Of a DNA stretch of 64,000 nucleotides, positions 12,806 through 25,100 are shown one piece after another. A program made the translations under genes and the position numbers. Within the stretch, counting starts at the first letter, position 1; every line of letters begins with the position of its first letter. Under the pieces are notes generated by a model, which was not told the DNA's origin, ran no database searches, and saw only the letters and a program-made list of their open reading frames with translations. The stretch lies in the NCBI GenBank assembly GCA_001179505.1, contig CDMY01000228.1, positions 96,184 to 160,183 of the forward strand, in the 5' to 3' direction. This stretch comes from Vitrella brassicaformis CCMP3155. Its lineage: Eukaryota; Protista; Chromerida.

Positions 12806-15485
12806 CTACGAGATCGACCACAGCTCATGCTCCGCCGCCCCCTGACAGAACCGCAGCACGCCCCAGAGGCTCGCCCTGCTATGCCGGCCCTCATACCGCA
12901 GCAGAGGCCCAGCATACCGCACTAGGTAGTGCGCCGTAGCAGTCTCTTCCGGCAGATCCCCCTCGATGTGGAAGCATAGCTCACGGCTCGCCTGTGACGG
13001 CTGGGGGGTGTCTCGGGGTGCGGGTGGCGGGCGTGTGGTGCGTGCGACTGCACGGGGGCTGGTGGGGCCGACGGTGGGTGGTGAGGAGACGGGCAGCGGC
13101 TTGTCGGTCTGAATGCCGCCCTGGGATATCGGGGGAGGCGGCTCGACCGACCAGCTGAGGTTGGAGACCTGATCGAACACACACACGATTGGCAAAGAGA
13201 AACGAGGTGCGATGAAGGATCCACGGGCAAGACGGGCGCTCGCTCACTCACTCACTGACCGCGAATGTGTGTATCGAGGGCCAGACGTCCTGGAACGCCA
13301 AAATGCAGCTGATGGGCACGTCTTCAGCAACACCATCACCATCACCACCACCACCACCACCCCCATCGTCCTGGTTATCGTCAGTCACATGTGCCGCCGC
13401 CCCTCCTTGGGGCACATGTGCTGTGAAATGTGCCGTGACTCCGTGCAGGGTTGGGGGAGGAGGGGCGGGGGCGGGGGTGGGGGTAGTGTTGTGCGTCTGA
13501 GAAGCAGCACCAGCACCAGCCGCTGCTGCGGTGCCCTGCAGCATTGCAGTGAGTGTCTGGACGACGGCAGGTCCCAGGGGGCCGTGTGTCTGAGCCGTGG
13601 CTATGGCCGCCACTGCCGGCGGCGCGGCCGCCAGGAGGGCCCTCAACTTCCTCGATGGGGCCTGTGTGTGCGGATGCACCGCAACACATCACAACAGAGG
13701 TCAATCAGTCATCGATTCACACACTGAATGTACCCACCCCACCCACATAGGTACCTGAAGCCTCATGCTCCGCTTCGTCAGCGCCCGCACAGCTTGAGGA
13801 CCGTGGCCGTGCAGCATGCCGAGATGAAGGGTCGTCATCTGTGGCGCCACCAGCAGCACCGTCGGCAGGTCCGTCACGATCCGCCGGGCCGCAGCGGGCT
13901 GGGGCATCAAGTAATGCATCGCATGTGCCCGCCACACGCCATCCACAAACTGACCCTCCTCAATCGACAGCGCCCGGCAATGCGGCAGCCGCAAAGGGCA
14001 GTTTGCCGCTTCCAGGTTGACGGGCGATGTGCTGCGCACACGGCAGGCGAGTAGGGAGGGGAGGGAGGGCAGGACGACCTTCTTGACACCACCCAGGTCG
14101 AGCGACTGCAGGGTGTCGCGGCAGAAGCTGATGAGCCGAGGGGGCATGGACTCGTTGATCTTCTTCTCGGTGGCTGTGGGTGAGAGCGGCTCGACTCGCC
14201 AGTGGAGGTGGGTGAGGGATCGGGCGCAGACGAGAATGGACTCCACCCAGTCATCGGGGAGGGAGGGGCCATGGCCCATCACGGACAGCCACGTCATGTG
14301 CTGCCGATACTGACCCGCAACCTCAGCAAACGACAGAGAACCTGACACACAACACACACAACACACACAACACACACAACACACACACTCACACGCCTCT
14401 TTGCCTCCCCACTCCCCTCGCACACCTTCTCCATCTCCGTCAGGCAGCTTTGCCAGTGCCTGTGCGTGCTTGGGCATGTACACCGCCACCTCCTGCGGCC
14501 CCTCAGCCGACAACGCCGATGCCGATGGAGCAGCGGCGGCAGCAGCAGGAGGCCGTTGCATCCCTGGTGCTGCCGCTGCCGCTGCCGCTGCCGCTGCCGC
14601 TGCCTCTGCTTGTGCGCGGTTGCAGAAGAAGTCCACCATGGCCTGCCTGCGTGAGAGTGGAACAGCGGTGCTGGTTGCGTCAGCTGCAGCCGCACCATTG
14701 CGACACGTTACCCCGCGCCCCTGCTGCTGGTGGTGGTGGTGCGTGGTGTCGGGCCCGAGGACGAGCCGCTCGAAGCGGGGCGGCGCCCTGCAGGCTGCGT
14801 CGAGTGCGCGGCATGTGTACGGGAGTGTGGCGAGAGATGAGAAGGGCAGGTAGGACACTATGTGGTCCTCGCAGGGGATCACCGACCTGATGGATAGATA
14901 CGTACAGCCGCAGACCGACGTGACGGGAGTGGGGTGAATGTAATGTGTGTGGATGGCTCTGTCTGGGCTGCTCACGTGACGGTTGCGGCTTTCTCGAGTG
15001 TTTCTTCGTCGACAGAGTAGATGATGGTCAGCTGCGGGATGAGCCCCTTGCGCACGGCAGCAGCCAGGCTACTGGCATCACGCAACCACATACCTGCACA
15101 CATGTGCACACATACACACACACATTCGGACAGACAGAGAGATCTTGTCCGCCCATCCAGGCACCCACGCCAGCGGCATTCTCGTACCCTGCTGCTCGAT
15201 GCCCAGTGCGTCCAGCCCCATGACCCGCCCCATCTGGTCCTTACGCGGCACGCTCATCCGCTCCTTGGCCTTCTTCGCATTCTCACGACGCAGCGCCCTC
15301 ATTATGGTCTCCGTGTGCAGGTCGATAAGGCGGTACACCAGGCGCCGCTGGTCAGCCGCCGACAGCCGCACCACGCAGAAGTCTACGGTCGCCGATGCAA
15401 TACAGCGCAGCTTGGCACCGCCTTCTTCGGCGGCTGATCTGCCGGACTGCCGCCTCTTGCGGGCGGGAGCGGGGAGTACCGACAT
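12806..15485 (-). CDS. Hypothetical protein with F-box-like motif and LRR-like C-terminal region, multi-exon
   Basis: Exons bounded by GT-AG. F-box-like EDHIVSYLPFSSLATLPYTCRALDAAC at ~14790-14870. Downstream LRR-like segments ARSLTHLHWRV, RDTLQSLDLGGVKKVVLPSLPSLLAC, LPHCRALSIEE, APQMTTLHLG. The stop position is uncertain. Confidence 0.55.
14570..14606. repeat. (GCTGCC)n hexamer repeat encoding poly-Ala on the minus strand
   Basis: gctgccgctgccgctgccgctgccgctgccgctgcc read directly. Confidence 0.9.
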
Positions 15486-15791
15486 TTTGGCTGCTTTCCT
15501 TTACTAGGGTTGCCAGCGCAGGGTTCCAGAGCGGGGGCAGGGTATGCCGTGTAACCATCTTGAGAGACGCTAATCGCAGTCTCGGCGCCAGAGCTCCTGT
15601 GGACAGAGGGAAGCGGCAGCAGCGTCACAAGTAGCAGTGCTGCATCGAGATCTTTCCATTTCATCTCAAACAAGAGTCCGAAAGATCTGCGCTCCTCTCC
15701 TGTGCGTCATCGACCTCAACGGCTTGTGCATTCATCCATCCATCTAAGCAGACAGAAGCGCTGGGCAATTCCCCGTTGACACATACCTGAC

Positions 15792-18601
15792 ATGGTGCAG
15801 ATGAAGAGATACGACTCCTTCAAAAGGTGAAGAACTTGCAGACAGACAGACAAGTGACGTAGACGGACATCTTTTGCCTGTGTGTGTTTGCGTGTGATGC
15901 AGCCGACGGTTCCGTGTGTTGGTGAGTGACAGCATCGACAATGCTGGCATCGACATCCTCTCCACCGTGGCCGACGTCGACGTCAAGACCAAACTCACTG
16001 AGGACCAAATATGCGAAATCATCCCAGAATACGACGCCATGATGGTACACAGACACACAGACACACACATGCCCACCGATATGGTGTGTTGACTGACAGG
16101 TGCGTAGCGGCACCAAGGTGACAGAGAAGATCATCCGTTCGAGCAAGAAGCTCAAGATCATCGGCCGGGCCGGCGTGGGCGTCGACAATGTCAACGTCAA
16201 GGCCGCCACCGACACCGGCATCTTCGTCGTCAACTCGCCTCTCGGCAACACGTACGGTGGACCTCTCTCACTCTCTCACCCACACAGACAAGACACACAT
16301 GCCACATGCATCTCCATGCATCTCTGCTGCATCTGTCTGTGTCTGTCTGTCTGTGGTCACTCACATCACGTCAGTGTGGCAGCCGCCGAGCACACCTTGG
16401 CGCTGCTGATGGCGTTGAGTCGCAACATCGCCCCGGCTGACGCGTCGATGCGCGCACTCAAGTGGGAGCGCAACAAGTTCATGGGCAGCCAGCTGCAGGG
16501 CAAGATTCTCGGCATCGTCGGGCTCGGACAGGTGAGGGATGGTGTCTGTGCGCGAGGGTGTGAGGATCTGGGCGCATGTGAGAAGAAGATGTGTGGTCTG
16601 TTTGTGTGTCAGGTTGGCAGCCACGTTGCCAAGGTGGCCCGTGAGATGGGCATGAAGCTCCTCACCTTCGACCCATATGTCAACGAAGCAAAGGTGCCAC
16701 ACACACACACACAACCATCACACAGCCCGATCTCTCCCTCTCGTCTGTGTGTGTGTCTTGCGTGTCTTCCATTAAACAGGCGGCCTCCCTTGACTGCCAG
16801 ATCGTGACCCTTGAGGAGCTCTACAAAATGAGCGACTACATCACGCTCCACGTGCCGCTCATCCCCGAGACCAAACACATGATCAACGCCGACACCATCA
16901 AGACCATGAAGCGCACATGCCGCATCATCAACGCGTCGCGCGGGGGGGTCATCGACGAGAAGGCACTGGTTGAGGCACTCAAGGAGGGACGACTGGCCGG
17001 AGCCGCGATGGGTGTGTGGGGAGGGAGGGAGGGAGGGAGGGAGGGAGAGAGGGAGGGAGGGAGGGAGAGGTGAATGCCTCTACTTGGTGTGGTGTGGTGT
17101 CTGGTCCGTCATCAGATGTGTTTGAGGAGGAGAAGGCGTTCGCCGAGGACAACCCCCTGCTCACCGCGCCCAACATGCTGCTCACGCCTCACCTCGGTCA
17201 GTCACCTCATGACACGCACAGCTCACTGCGTCTGTCTGCAAATGGTCTGTGGGTGGTGTGTGGTTCAGGTGCGTCGACTCACGAGGCTCAGGTCAACGTG
17301 GCGGTGGACGTGGCGCAGCAGATCAAGGACACCCTCCAGGGCAACCTACCGCAGTCCGCTGTCAACATACCCGTAGGCAGGCCTAGAATTGCACCTCTAC
17401 GACACGGATCCATTCTCTTGTGTGTTATGTGATGTGTGTGTTGTGTGTGCAATGGGCACAGGGAATGCGTGCGGCCGAGCTGCAGCAAATCCTGCCCCTC
17501 CTCAGCTGCTGCGACGACCTCGGCAAAGTCACTGTCCAGCTGCTGCAGGGCGCACTGGAAAAGGTGATTTGACACCCACACCCACACCCTCCAACCACCA
17601 CCACCCCACCCACACTCGCCTGTGTGTGTGTGTGTGTGCAGATAACGGTCACGTTGGAGGGCGAGTACGCCAGCGAGCGCGGCGACCCCATGCTGCTGGC
17701 GGTGGCCAAGGGCGCCCTGGCGGTGCAGCTCGACAGGCCCGTCAACTTCGTCAACGTCAAACAGGTCGCAGACACCTTCAAGGTCGCTCTCTCTGTTGCC
17801 AAAGGTGCTCACAGACAGACACACATGAACACAGAGGGTGTCTCGTCTCGTCACTCATGTGTGTACGTGTGTGTTGTCAGAGCCGCACCACACGAAGCCC
17901 GGCCTGCGTGTGGAGATGAAGAGCAGGACCGAGACGGCCACTGTGCGCGGTGAGTGAATGCAGTCACACCACACGCATGCACCACGATGGATGGCAAGAG
18001 CAGATGGCTGATGTGCATGTGTGTGTGTGTGTGTGTGTCAGGGACCAACACTGACGACGGGAAGGTGCTGATGACGGCCTTCCAGGACGTGCCGATCTAC
18101 ATGCTGCTGCCTGACCTCGGCAGCAAGAAAACCTCCTTCATCTACTCCATGCACAGGTAGCTGATGCCCAGCCGCAACACACACACACACGCACACACAC
18201 ACAGGTGTACTTGTGTTCCTCCTTCTCTCCTTCTCTGTCTCCCTCTGTCTGTGTGCAGCGATTCGCCCGGTGTGCTGGCTAAGGTGACGGGCATCCTGGG
18301 CAAGCACCAGCTCAACATCGGCAACCTACACTTGGGTACCTCACACACACATGCAGAGCACCGATATGTCTTGTGTGGTGATGATGTGGTGATGACGTGG
18401 TGTCCCTGTGTGTCTGTCAGGTCGCAAGGCGCCCAATTTGGGCATCGCTATAGCGTCGGTTGACGGCGGTGTCTCTCAGGAGGCGCTCGACGAAGTCAAG
18501 GCACTCGACACCGTCAAGGTACGCACCGACAGGACACACAGATACAGGGCAGTCAATGACACAGTGTGTGTGTGCAGGAGTGCAAGGTATTCGTGGTTTA
18601 A
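15792..18601 (+). CDS. serA: D-3-phosphoglycerate dehydrogenase, type I (ASB and ACT domains), multi-exon
   Basis: FRVLVSDSIDNAGIDIL...YDAMM|VRSGTKVT...LKIIGRAGVGVDNV, NSPLGNT|VAAAEHT, GKILGIVGLGQ|VG, DYITLHVPLIPET, IINASRGGVIDE, LTPHLG|ASTHEAQ, C-terminal ACT DSPGVLAKVTGILGKHQLNIGNLHL. The last exon ECKVFVV ends with TAA at 18599-18601. Confidence 0.95.
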
Positions 18602-19590
18602 GTGAAGAAGACCAGACCAGGCCGGGCCGGGCCGGGCCACGTGTTCGCCGGGCTCTCTCGCCTTGTTTGTTTCCTGTAATGTGATGCACTGACCGGGAAT
18701 GATCCTCTCTTGTGTCGCGACAGACACACGAGGGGCTGATTCCCGGAGGGAGCAGCACGTGACAGAAACAAGCGAGCACAGAGAGACCAGGTAGTTGCGT
18801 TTCGTCAAGTCGTTTCGTTCGCCTGTCGATAAGGGAATGATAGATCAGCCCTCCCCATCCCATCCATGTCTGTCTGTGTGAGAGGGACAAACGCCCGAGG
18901 GCCTTTTTTCACGCCCTCATGCGTGCCGACATCCCTCTCCATCCCTGTGTGTCTGTCTGTGTTGCCGCCACCCATCCATCCATCCATCCATCCCGCTGCA
19001 GTTTTGCCCGGTAGTACCGTAGCCTGACACGGAGTCAGCAGTGCACTCACTCGTAGGTGCATGTGTGTGTGCGTGTGTGCGTAAGGTGGGGTACATCTCT
19101 ATGTGTGTGTGTGTATGCGTGTCGGCTGGCCGACCTGGTCGGTCGATGCCGCGCGCACATACGGCTTTTTCACTCTCAGGGTGGGTGGATGGAAAGATGG
19201 TGGCTGGAGGCTGGGAGACGTTCGTGAGCATGCGCGCTTTATGCGACAGACAGACAGGAGGGCTCGTTTTGGGGCGGGCGGGTGGGGTGGGGTGGGCATG
19301 TAGGTCAATTTTCTGGGTCTGCCCATGCGTTTCCTTGTGTGGTGCCGACAAACAGACTCTTGTATGCCTGCGTGCGTGCGTGCGTGCGTGTGGCTGGCTG
19401 CATTCGAGTTCAATGGATGGAAAAAGCGCTTTGTTGAACACGCCGGTCACTCACCCACTGACCTGACACCACATCGCTTCGCTTCACGAGTCCGTCTCTC
19501 TCAGTACAATCGACTTCATTGACCAAGCCAACCAAGACCTTTAGTCTTACTCTTGCAAGGCACCAGCCAGAAAAAGAAGAGAGACCTGAC

Positions 19591-22020
19591 TTACCAGCCA
19601 AACACCCCCACTCCCCCTGACGCACCAGACCCACTGCTGCGGCCCACATACACTGTCGACTTGGCCACTGGCATCTTCTTCGTGTCCGCTGCTGGCGGTT
19701 GGGGGACCATCCGAACCCCCCCACCGCCACCACCGGCAGCATTTGCGTGCCCATGATCCGGTCGCTTCCTTTTCCCGTCCCTCTCTCCCCCTCTCTCCCT
19801 GGTGGCGCCCTCGTCCTCGAACGTGAACAGAGACGCCAGCGACAGCCGGCCGAGCAAAGACACGGACGGTGTGGATGTGTCTCCTCTGTCCCCTCTCTCT
19901 TTCTCTTCATAGTCACCGACAGAGAGAGTGGTCATCTCGTCGTGGGATGGGGTGGGCGAGGGCGGTGGAGGGATGGCAAGGCTTTGTTGCTGCTGCTCAC
20001 CGAAGAGGGAGCCGAAGAAGGATTGCCTCTGCTGCTGCTGCTGCTGCTGTTGGTGCTGCTGAACTTTCTCCTTGTTGGCAAGGGCCTCCGCCCGCTTGAT
20101 GAAGAGCACTGCTTTGGCTGCTGTCTTGTGTCGGCTGGCGGGTGGTGGTGGAGGGGGTGTGCTGGGGGCCGATGGGGGTCCGCCCTCTCCCTCTCCCTCT
20201 GCCTCTTCCTCTTCCTCTCCCTCCTCCTTGCGTGTGACGGCCTCTTCCACACCCCCAAACAGGAGGGACAACAGCCTCCGCTGCAGAGTGATGTCCTCTT
20301 TCTTCTGCGTGTCTCCCCTCTCTGTGGCGTTGACCCTCTCTGTGGGGATGTTGTCCCAGTCGCTTTGTCGGGGGGGAACACTGGCGCGCCGATGACGGTT
20401 CTGGTCCTTCTTCTTGTTGGTGGCGGCCAGGGCCTGCGTGCGCTTGAGGAAGAGCGCCGTCTTGCCAAGCACCTTTATTCGAGGGATCGGCGGGCGGCCC
20501 CACTCCGTGACGTCGATCTTGTCTTCCTCTCCCTCCTCTTCTCCCTCTTCGCCCGTTTCCTCCTCTCTTTCGGCTGCTGGCATGAGAAAGGAGCTGAAGA
20601 GCTTTTGGAAGGTGGAGGGCTCCTCTTGCTGCGGCTTGTTGTCGTCTTCTTTGGCGGGCTCCGCTGCTGCCGGCTTTCTCTTGTCCTGTTCTTTGATCTT
20701 AGACAGGTCTAGGGGAGGGATGGTGGCATGGTGTGCGGGCGACTGCTGAGCCAGAAGCAGCTCTGACAGGGCGATCTGGGTCTCTGTCGATGAAGCATCA
20801 CTCTGCAGACACACATGCACCGCCATGTGTGTGCGTGTGGCTGTCGTGGGCTGGCTGACCATGTTGTCGAGGTAGTGATGTTGTCTGTTCCCCGCCACTC
20901 GTGCAGGTGAGGGGCCGTATGAGCTGTGGACGGAGGGCGCCATCGACGATCCGCGGCCACTCACACCTCCACCACCGGCACCGTCCTTGTCGATGACGCC
21001 CTGTGGTTGAGGAGGCAGCAGCAGAGTGGTCTTGAAGGGCAGCGGCAGCTCTGGCTCGTGCTGCTCCCTCAACGTCGCCTGAATGAATGAACGAGACACA
21101 GACCCCCCTCTCAATCGTCCATCTGTCCGCTATTCTCACCGCAGCGGTTTGGTAGCGTGCTGTGTCGTCCTGTGGCGAAGTGGGTGGCTTGGACTTAGTG
21201 TGCTGGAAGGCCTGAACCCTCTGCCTGACCTCACACACGTGCGCCATCTCGTCCTTGAGCAAACGGGTCAATGTGGGGCCATCCGCCTGTCAGCAAATGG
21301 AAGGAGGAAAAGGATTTCAGCCTGAGGGCCCGATGTGTATGCTCACCAACAGGCCCCCTGCGCCCTTTCTCACCTGGCCCCCTCCACCAGACACCGGTGA
21401 AGCGTCCCCCACCGAACCAGCCGCTTCCTGAAAAAGGGGAAGGCAAAACTGACACATTGAGCGGGTGATCCTGCATGAAGGCGCCTGCCCTATGTGTATC
21501 ATCGCCCACCTTGTCGTCCATGCTGGTGATGTCGTCGCACAGGTCCCCCCATTGCCGCTTCAGCCCCGTCGCCAACTCGCTGACTTTGCCCGCCTCCCCA
21601 GCGTCAGAAAACTGCACAACTCTCGAAACTTCGACGCCTGTCATCCTCTCCAGCGCATAACAAACTTCACGCGGCAAAACTTGCGGACGCGAACGAAAAA
21701 ATGCGGACCGACAGTGTTGGGGCTCGTGAAACTTACTGCCAGACGATTGATGAACGATTTCCTGTTTCTTGTGATGCCGTGAGCCACAGTGATGGATCAG
21801 GTACAACAAATCACACAGCACGTGTCAATGTAGACAAAAAGACCATATCTCACTTGGTCTGGATGGATGGGGCGCCTGGTAGGGTGACAGAGCACTTCGG
21901 CGGTCCGGCCGTATCGCAGCACGCACGCAAGTAGGCGTCACCCACCACCCATGCCCAAGAGGCTGCACTTATCCTTTCGCGAGATCTTCCGTTGCACCCC
22001 TCTGTTCCTGGCGGTGTCAT
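19591..22020 (-). CDS. Hypothetical low-complexity protein, multi-exon
   Basis: Long 507-codon open frame (19591-21114) rich in Q/E/P. Upstream exon-like segments (VLPREVCYALERMTGVEVSRVVQFSDAG...) have GT-AG borders at ~21855 and ~21740. No family recognised; the start is uncertain. Confidence 0.5.
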
Positions 22021-22120
22021 GCAGAACGCATCGAGCACACAGTCTGAGCCGCCTCCCGATGGCGCATCGAGCAGCGGTGGAGGCGCAGAGCTCCATTCCA
22101 GGCCGCGAAGGGGCACAGCA

Positions 22121-25100
22121 ATGGCCAAACGACCACCCAAACCCAAGTAAGAGCAACGAGGGAGTACGAGGGAGGGAGGGTCGTTCCACCCACCGCATAC
22201 ACACGATTCATTGTCGTGTGTTCTGCCCGCGTTCACATCAGAAGCACCGTTTCACACGCACCTGCCAGCCACACATCCCACGGCCACCCCTTCATCCATC
22301 CCGACGCACAGATCCATGATGACAATGTAGCTGGTGGTGGTGGTGGTGCTGCTGCTGCATCGGCTGTGGAGCCCCAAGACCCCTTGCGTCACCTGTCTGG
22401 CGGCACTGGCGACGAGGGCAACCAGCGGTTCAGCGCCATCTCGTCCGTCCACTTCACCGACCCATCGCAGATGTCGTCGCCCCCTCAGTACAGCAGCTTC
22501 CCCCTGTCGGACTCGCACACAAGCTCGCCGGCCAACCGGTCAGAGGCAGCGCCGTCAGAGGCAGGGCCTCTTCAATTCAACCAAGAAGACGCTGTAGGAG
22601 GTGGTCGTGTCTTCTCGTTTGGGCCACCGGATGGTGATGGTGCCGGTGGTGAGGTAGACGTAGACGATGAGCCGATGGCGGAGGAGGGAGGCGACCATGG
22701 AGAGGGGGAGGGAGAGGGGGAGGTGGTGCTCGCGCCGGCTGAGGACGGCGTACCGGTGTTCGGCGTGCCAGAGCATATCCCCATGGACACCACCCCAGCG
22801 ACAATCGAGCGTCGCGAGGGCACTCGGCTGACGGACCAGTCTCCCGTGACCGTCCGTGGCCCGGCCGCGGCGAGCCCAGCTCCAGATGAGGGACCGGACG
22901 ATTCCATCGCTGTGCCCCGCCCAGTAGGTGGGCTCCCCTTGACGCCATCCAAGACACAAGTACATGGGCAGCCGCGGGGGGGACCACAGGCAACGCCGCC
23001 GGGCAACTATCGCTTCTTCGCACGTGCGGGACTGCAGCCGGTTCATATTGAGCGCACACCGAGCTCGGCATTCCCTGGCTGCTCTCCAAGTCCTCAGGTA
23101 AGTGCTCGAAATGCGATACTGTGCTCGCCTTTGGCATTTGGTGTGTGTGTGTGTGTGTGGTTGGTTTTATTCTCAGACGAAGCCAATTCCCGACCCGTCC
23201 CCCGCTCCCCCATCCCCCTCGTTCGGCGACAACCAACAGCAGGCCCCATCCACACCCTCACCTCCAGACAATGCCCAGCAGACACAGGACGGCCCAGCTG
23301 AGGAGCCGCCCCCCGCCACACGTACAGGAGAAATGGCCGTAGTGGCTGGCGCAGAGAACGAGGGAGAGGGCAATGACAGCGAGCTGATGCCACTCGCCTC
23401 CCCCTCCCCCGACCCTGGTGGCCATGGCGCGAGGGAGGGCCGACGCACGGCGGCGTTTGGGACTGAAGAGGATGCCGCGCCATCGAGGAGGGAGGGGGCA
23501 GGGGTGGGGGAAGGGGAGCAGCAGCTGCGGGGGCCACAGGCAACCCCGCCAGGCAACTATCGCTACTTTGCGCGTGCGGGGTTGCAGCCGGTTCATATTG
23601 AGCGCACACCGAGCTCGGCGTTTCCTGGCTGCTCTCCAAGTCCTCATGTAAGTGCTCGAAATGCGATACTGTGCTCGCCTTTGGCATTCGTGTGGCTATG
23701 GTGTGTGTTTTGTTCTATCATTCAGACCAAGACCCTCCCCGACCCGTCCCCCTCTCCCCCATCCCCGCCACGTGACTTCAGCATGCCCGACTCGCCCGTC
23801 TCCTTCGGCGACAACCAACAGCAGGCCCCATCGCCACCCTCACCTCCAGACAACCCGCAGCAGACGCAGGACGGCCCAGTGGATGAGCCACCCCCCGCCA
23901 CTCGCACCGAGGAGGCAGCCGCAGTAGCTGGCGTAGAGAGCGTCGTCGAGGGCGATGACAGCAACCTGATGCCGCTCGCATCGCCTTCCCCCGACTCTGG
24001 CGGCCGCGGTGGGAGGGAGAGCCGACTCACGGCCGCGTTTGGGAGCACAGAGGATGCCCACGATGACGCGTTCTCCTTCGGCGCCCCTGCCGCTGCGCCT
24101 TCTCCTGTATTCACATTCGAACCCCAGCAGCAGCAGCAGCAGCAGCGGTCCGGCGGGAATGGCGATGCGGCCCCACTCTCTTCGCAGCTCCCACCTCCAG
24201 AACAAGCTGCTGATGACAACCATATTGGGAGCATGGCGGGGGCTCGCTTCTCGTTCGGCCGGACAGAAGAAGACAAGACACAGGAGAGGGCGATGGCGGC
24301 GCTGGAGGAGGTCATTATGCGGGGGACCATCCGCGCGGCTGTCGAGAAGGAGGTCGCTGGCGCGGCGGTGGGGCAGCCGGCAGAGGAGGTGCGTGGCGAG
24401 GATGCTCGTCGCCGGCGAGACTCGATCCGTCCGCTACCTGCTGCGACGGAGCAGGGTGAGGGAGAGGCTGGGGGCGGTGAAAAGAAGGAGATCAAGATCG
24501 CCGCTGCCGTGTTCGAGCCCAAGAGGACCCACCGCCCGCAGCCCTCCCCCCTCCGCACCCCGACGCGGCTGAAGCTGCCGCCCGAGATCGTCCCACACCC
24601 AGAGTCGGCTGCAGCCAGCAAGCCGAAAGGAGCCTTTCCCAGCATCAAAATCCTGCGGCCTGAGTACGAAAAGCGCGGCAAGTCCAAGGGCATCGGCAAA
24701 CCGACACACACCCGCCCCCCCAGCAGCCGGAGCGTTGTCGAGACGGGGAACAGGCAGAAGCGGGGCAAGGGGGGCACGCCCGGCCACACGCCCCCAGGCA
24801 CCCCCCGATTCGGCAACCGCACGCCGAACAAGGACGACAAGACACCACATCATGCGCACGGCAGCCGACTGGGGCCGATGGATGGTGGCAAGGGCATGCT
24901 GCCGCGGCCGCCGTCGCCTCTGTTGGGGGTGGACAAAAGACCCTCCCCTTTTGTGCCGAGGAAGGGCGGGATGGGTGTTGGTGCGGGTGTGGGAGTAGCC
25001 GATGGGGATGAGCTCTTGCGGGCGGCTGTCAGGGAGGACGAGAAGGAGAAGGAGAAGGGGGACGGTGGTGGTGTTAGTGGCGGTGAGGGGGCTGCTGGTA

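Noticed and set aside
5260-18601. Metabolic gene cluster (CBL, PflA, SerA) as an operon-like unit
   Set aside because: The genes are on different strands and interrupted by an F-box-like gene and a 2.8 kb gap. Only the CBL/PflA divergent pair is kept as a finding.
19699-20712. Long hydrophobic ORF 19699-20712 (+) and similar long antisense ORFs (e.g. 30314-31546, 23722-24840)
   Set aside because: They are reverse-complement shadows of GC-rich, low-complexity coding exons on the other strand.
22605-22630. RVFSF as a KNL1-like PP1-docking RVxF motif
   Set aside because: The spacing does not fit [RK]x0-1[VI]x[FW], and no SILK or MELT repeats were seen.
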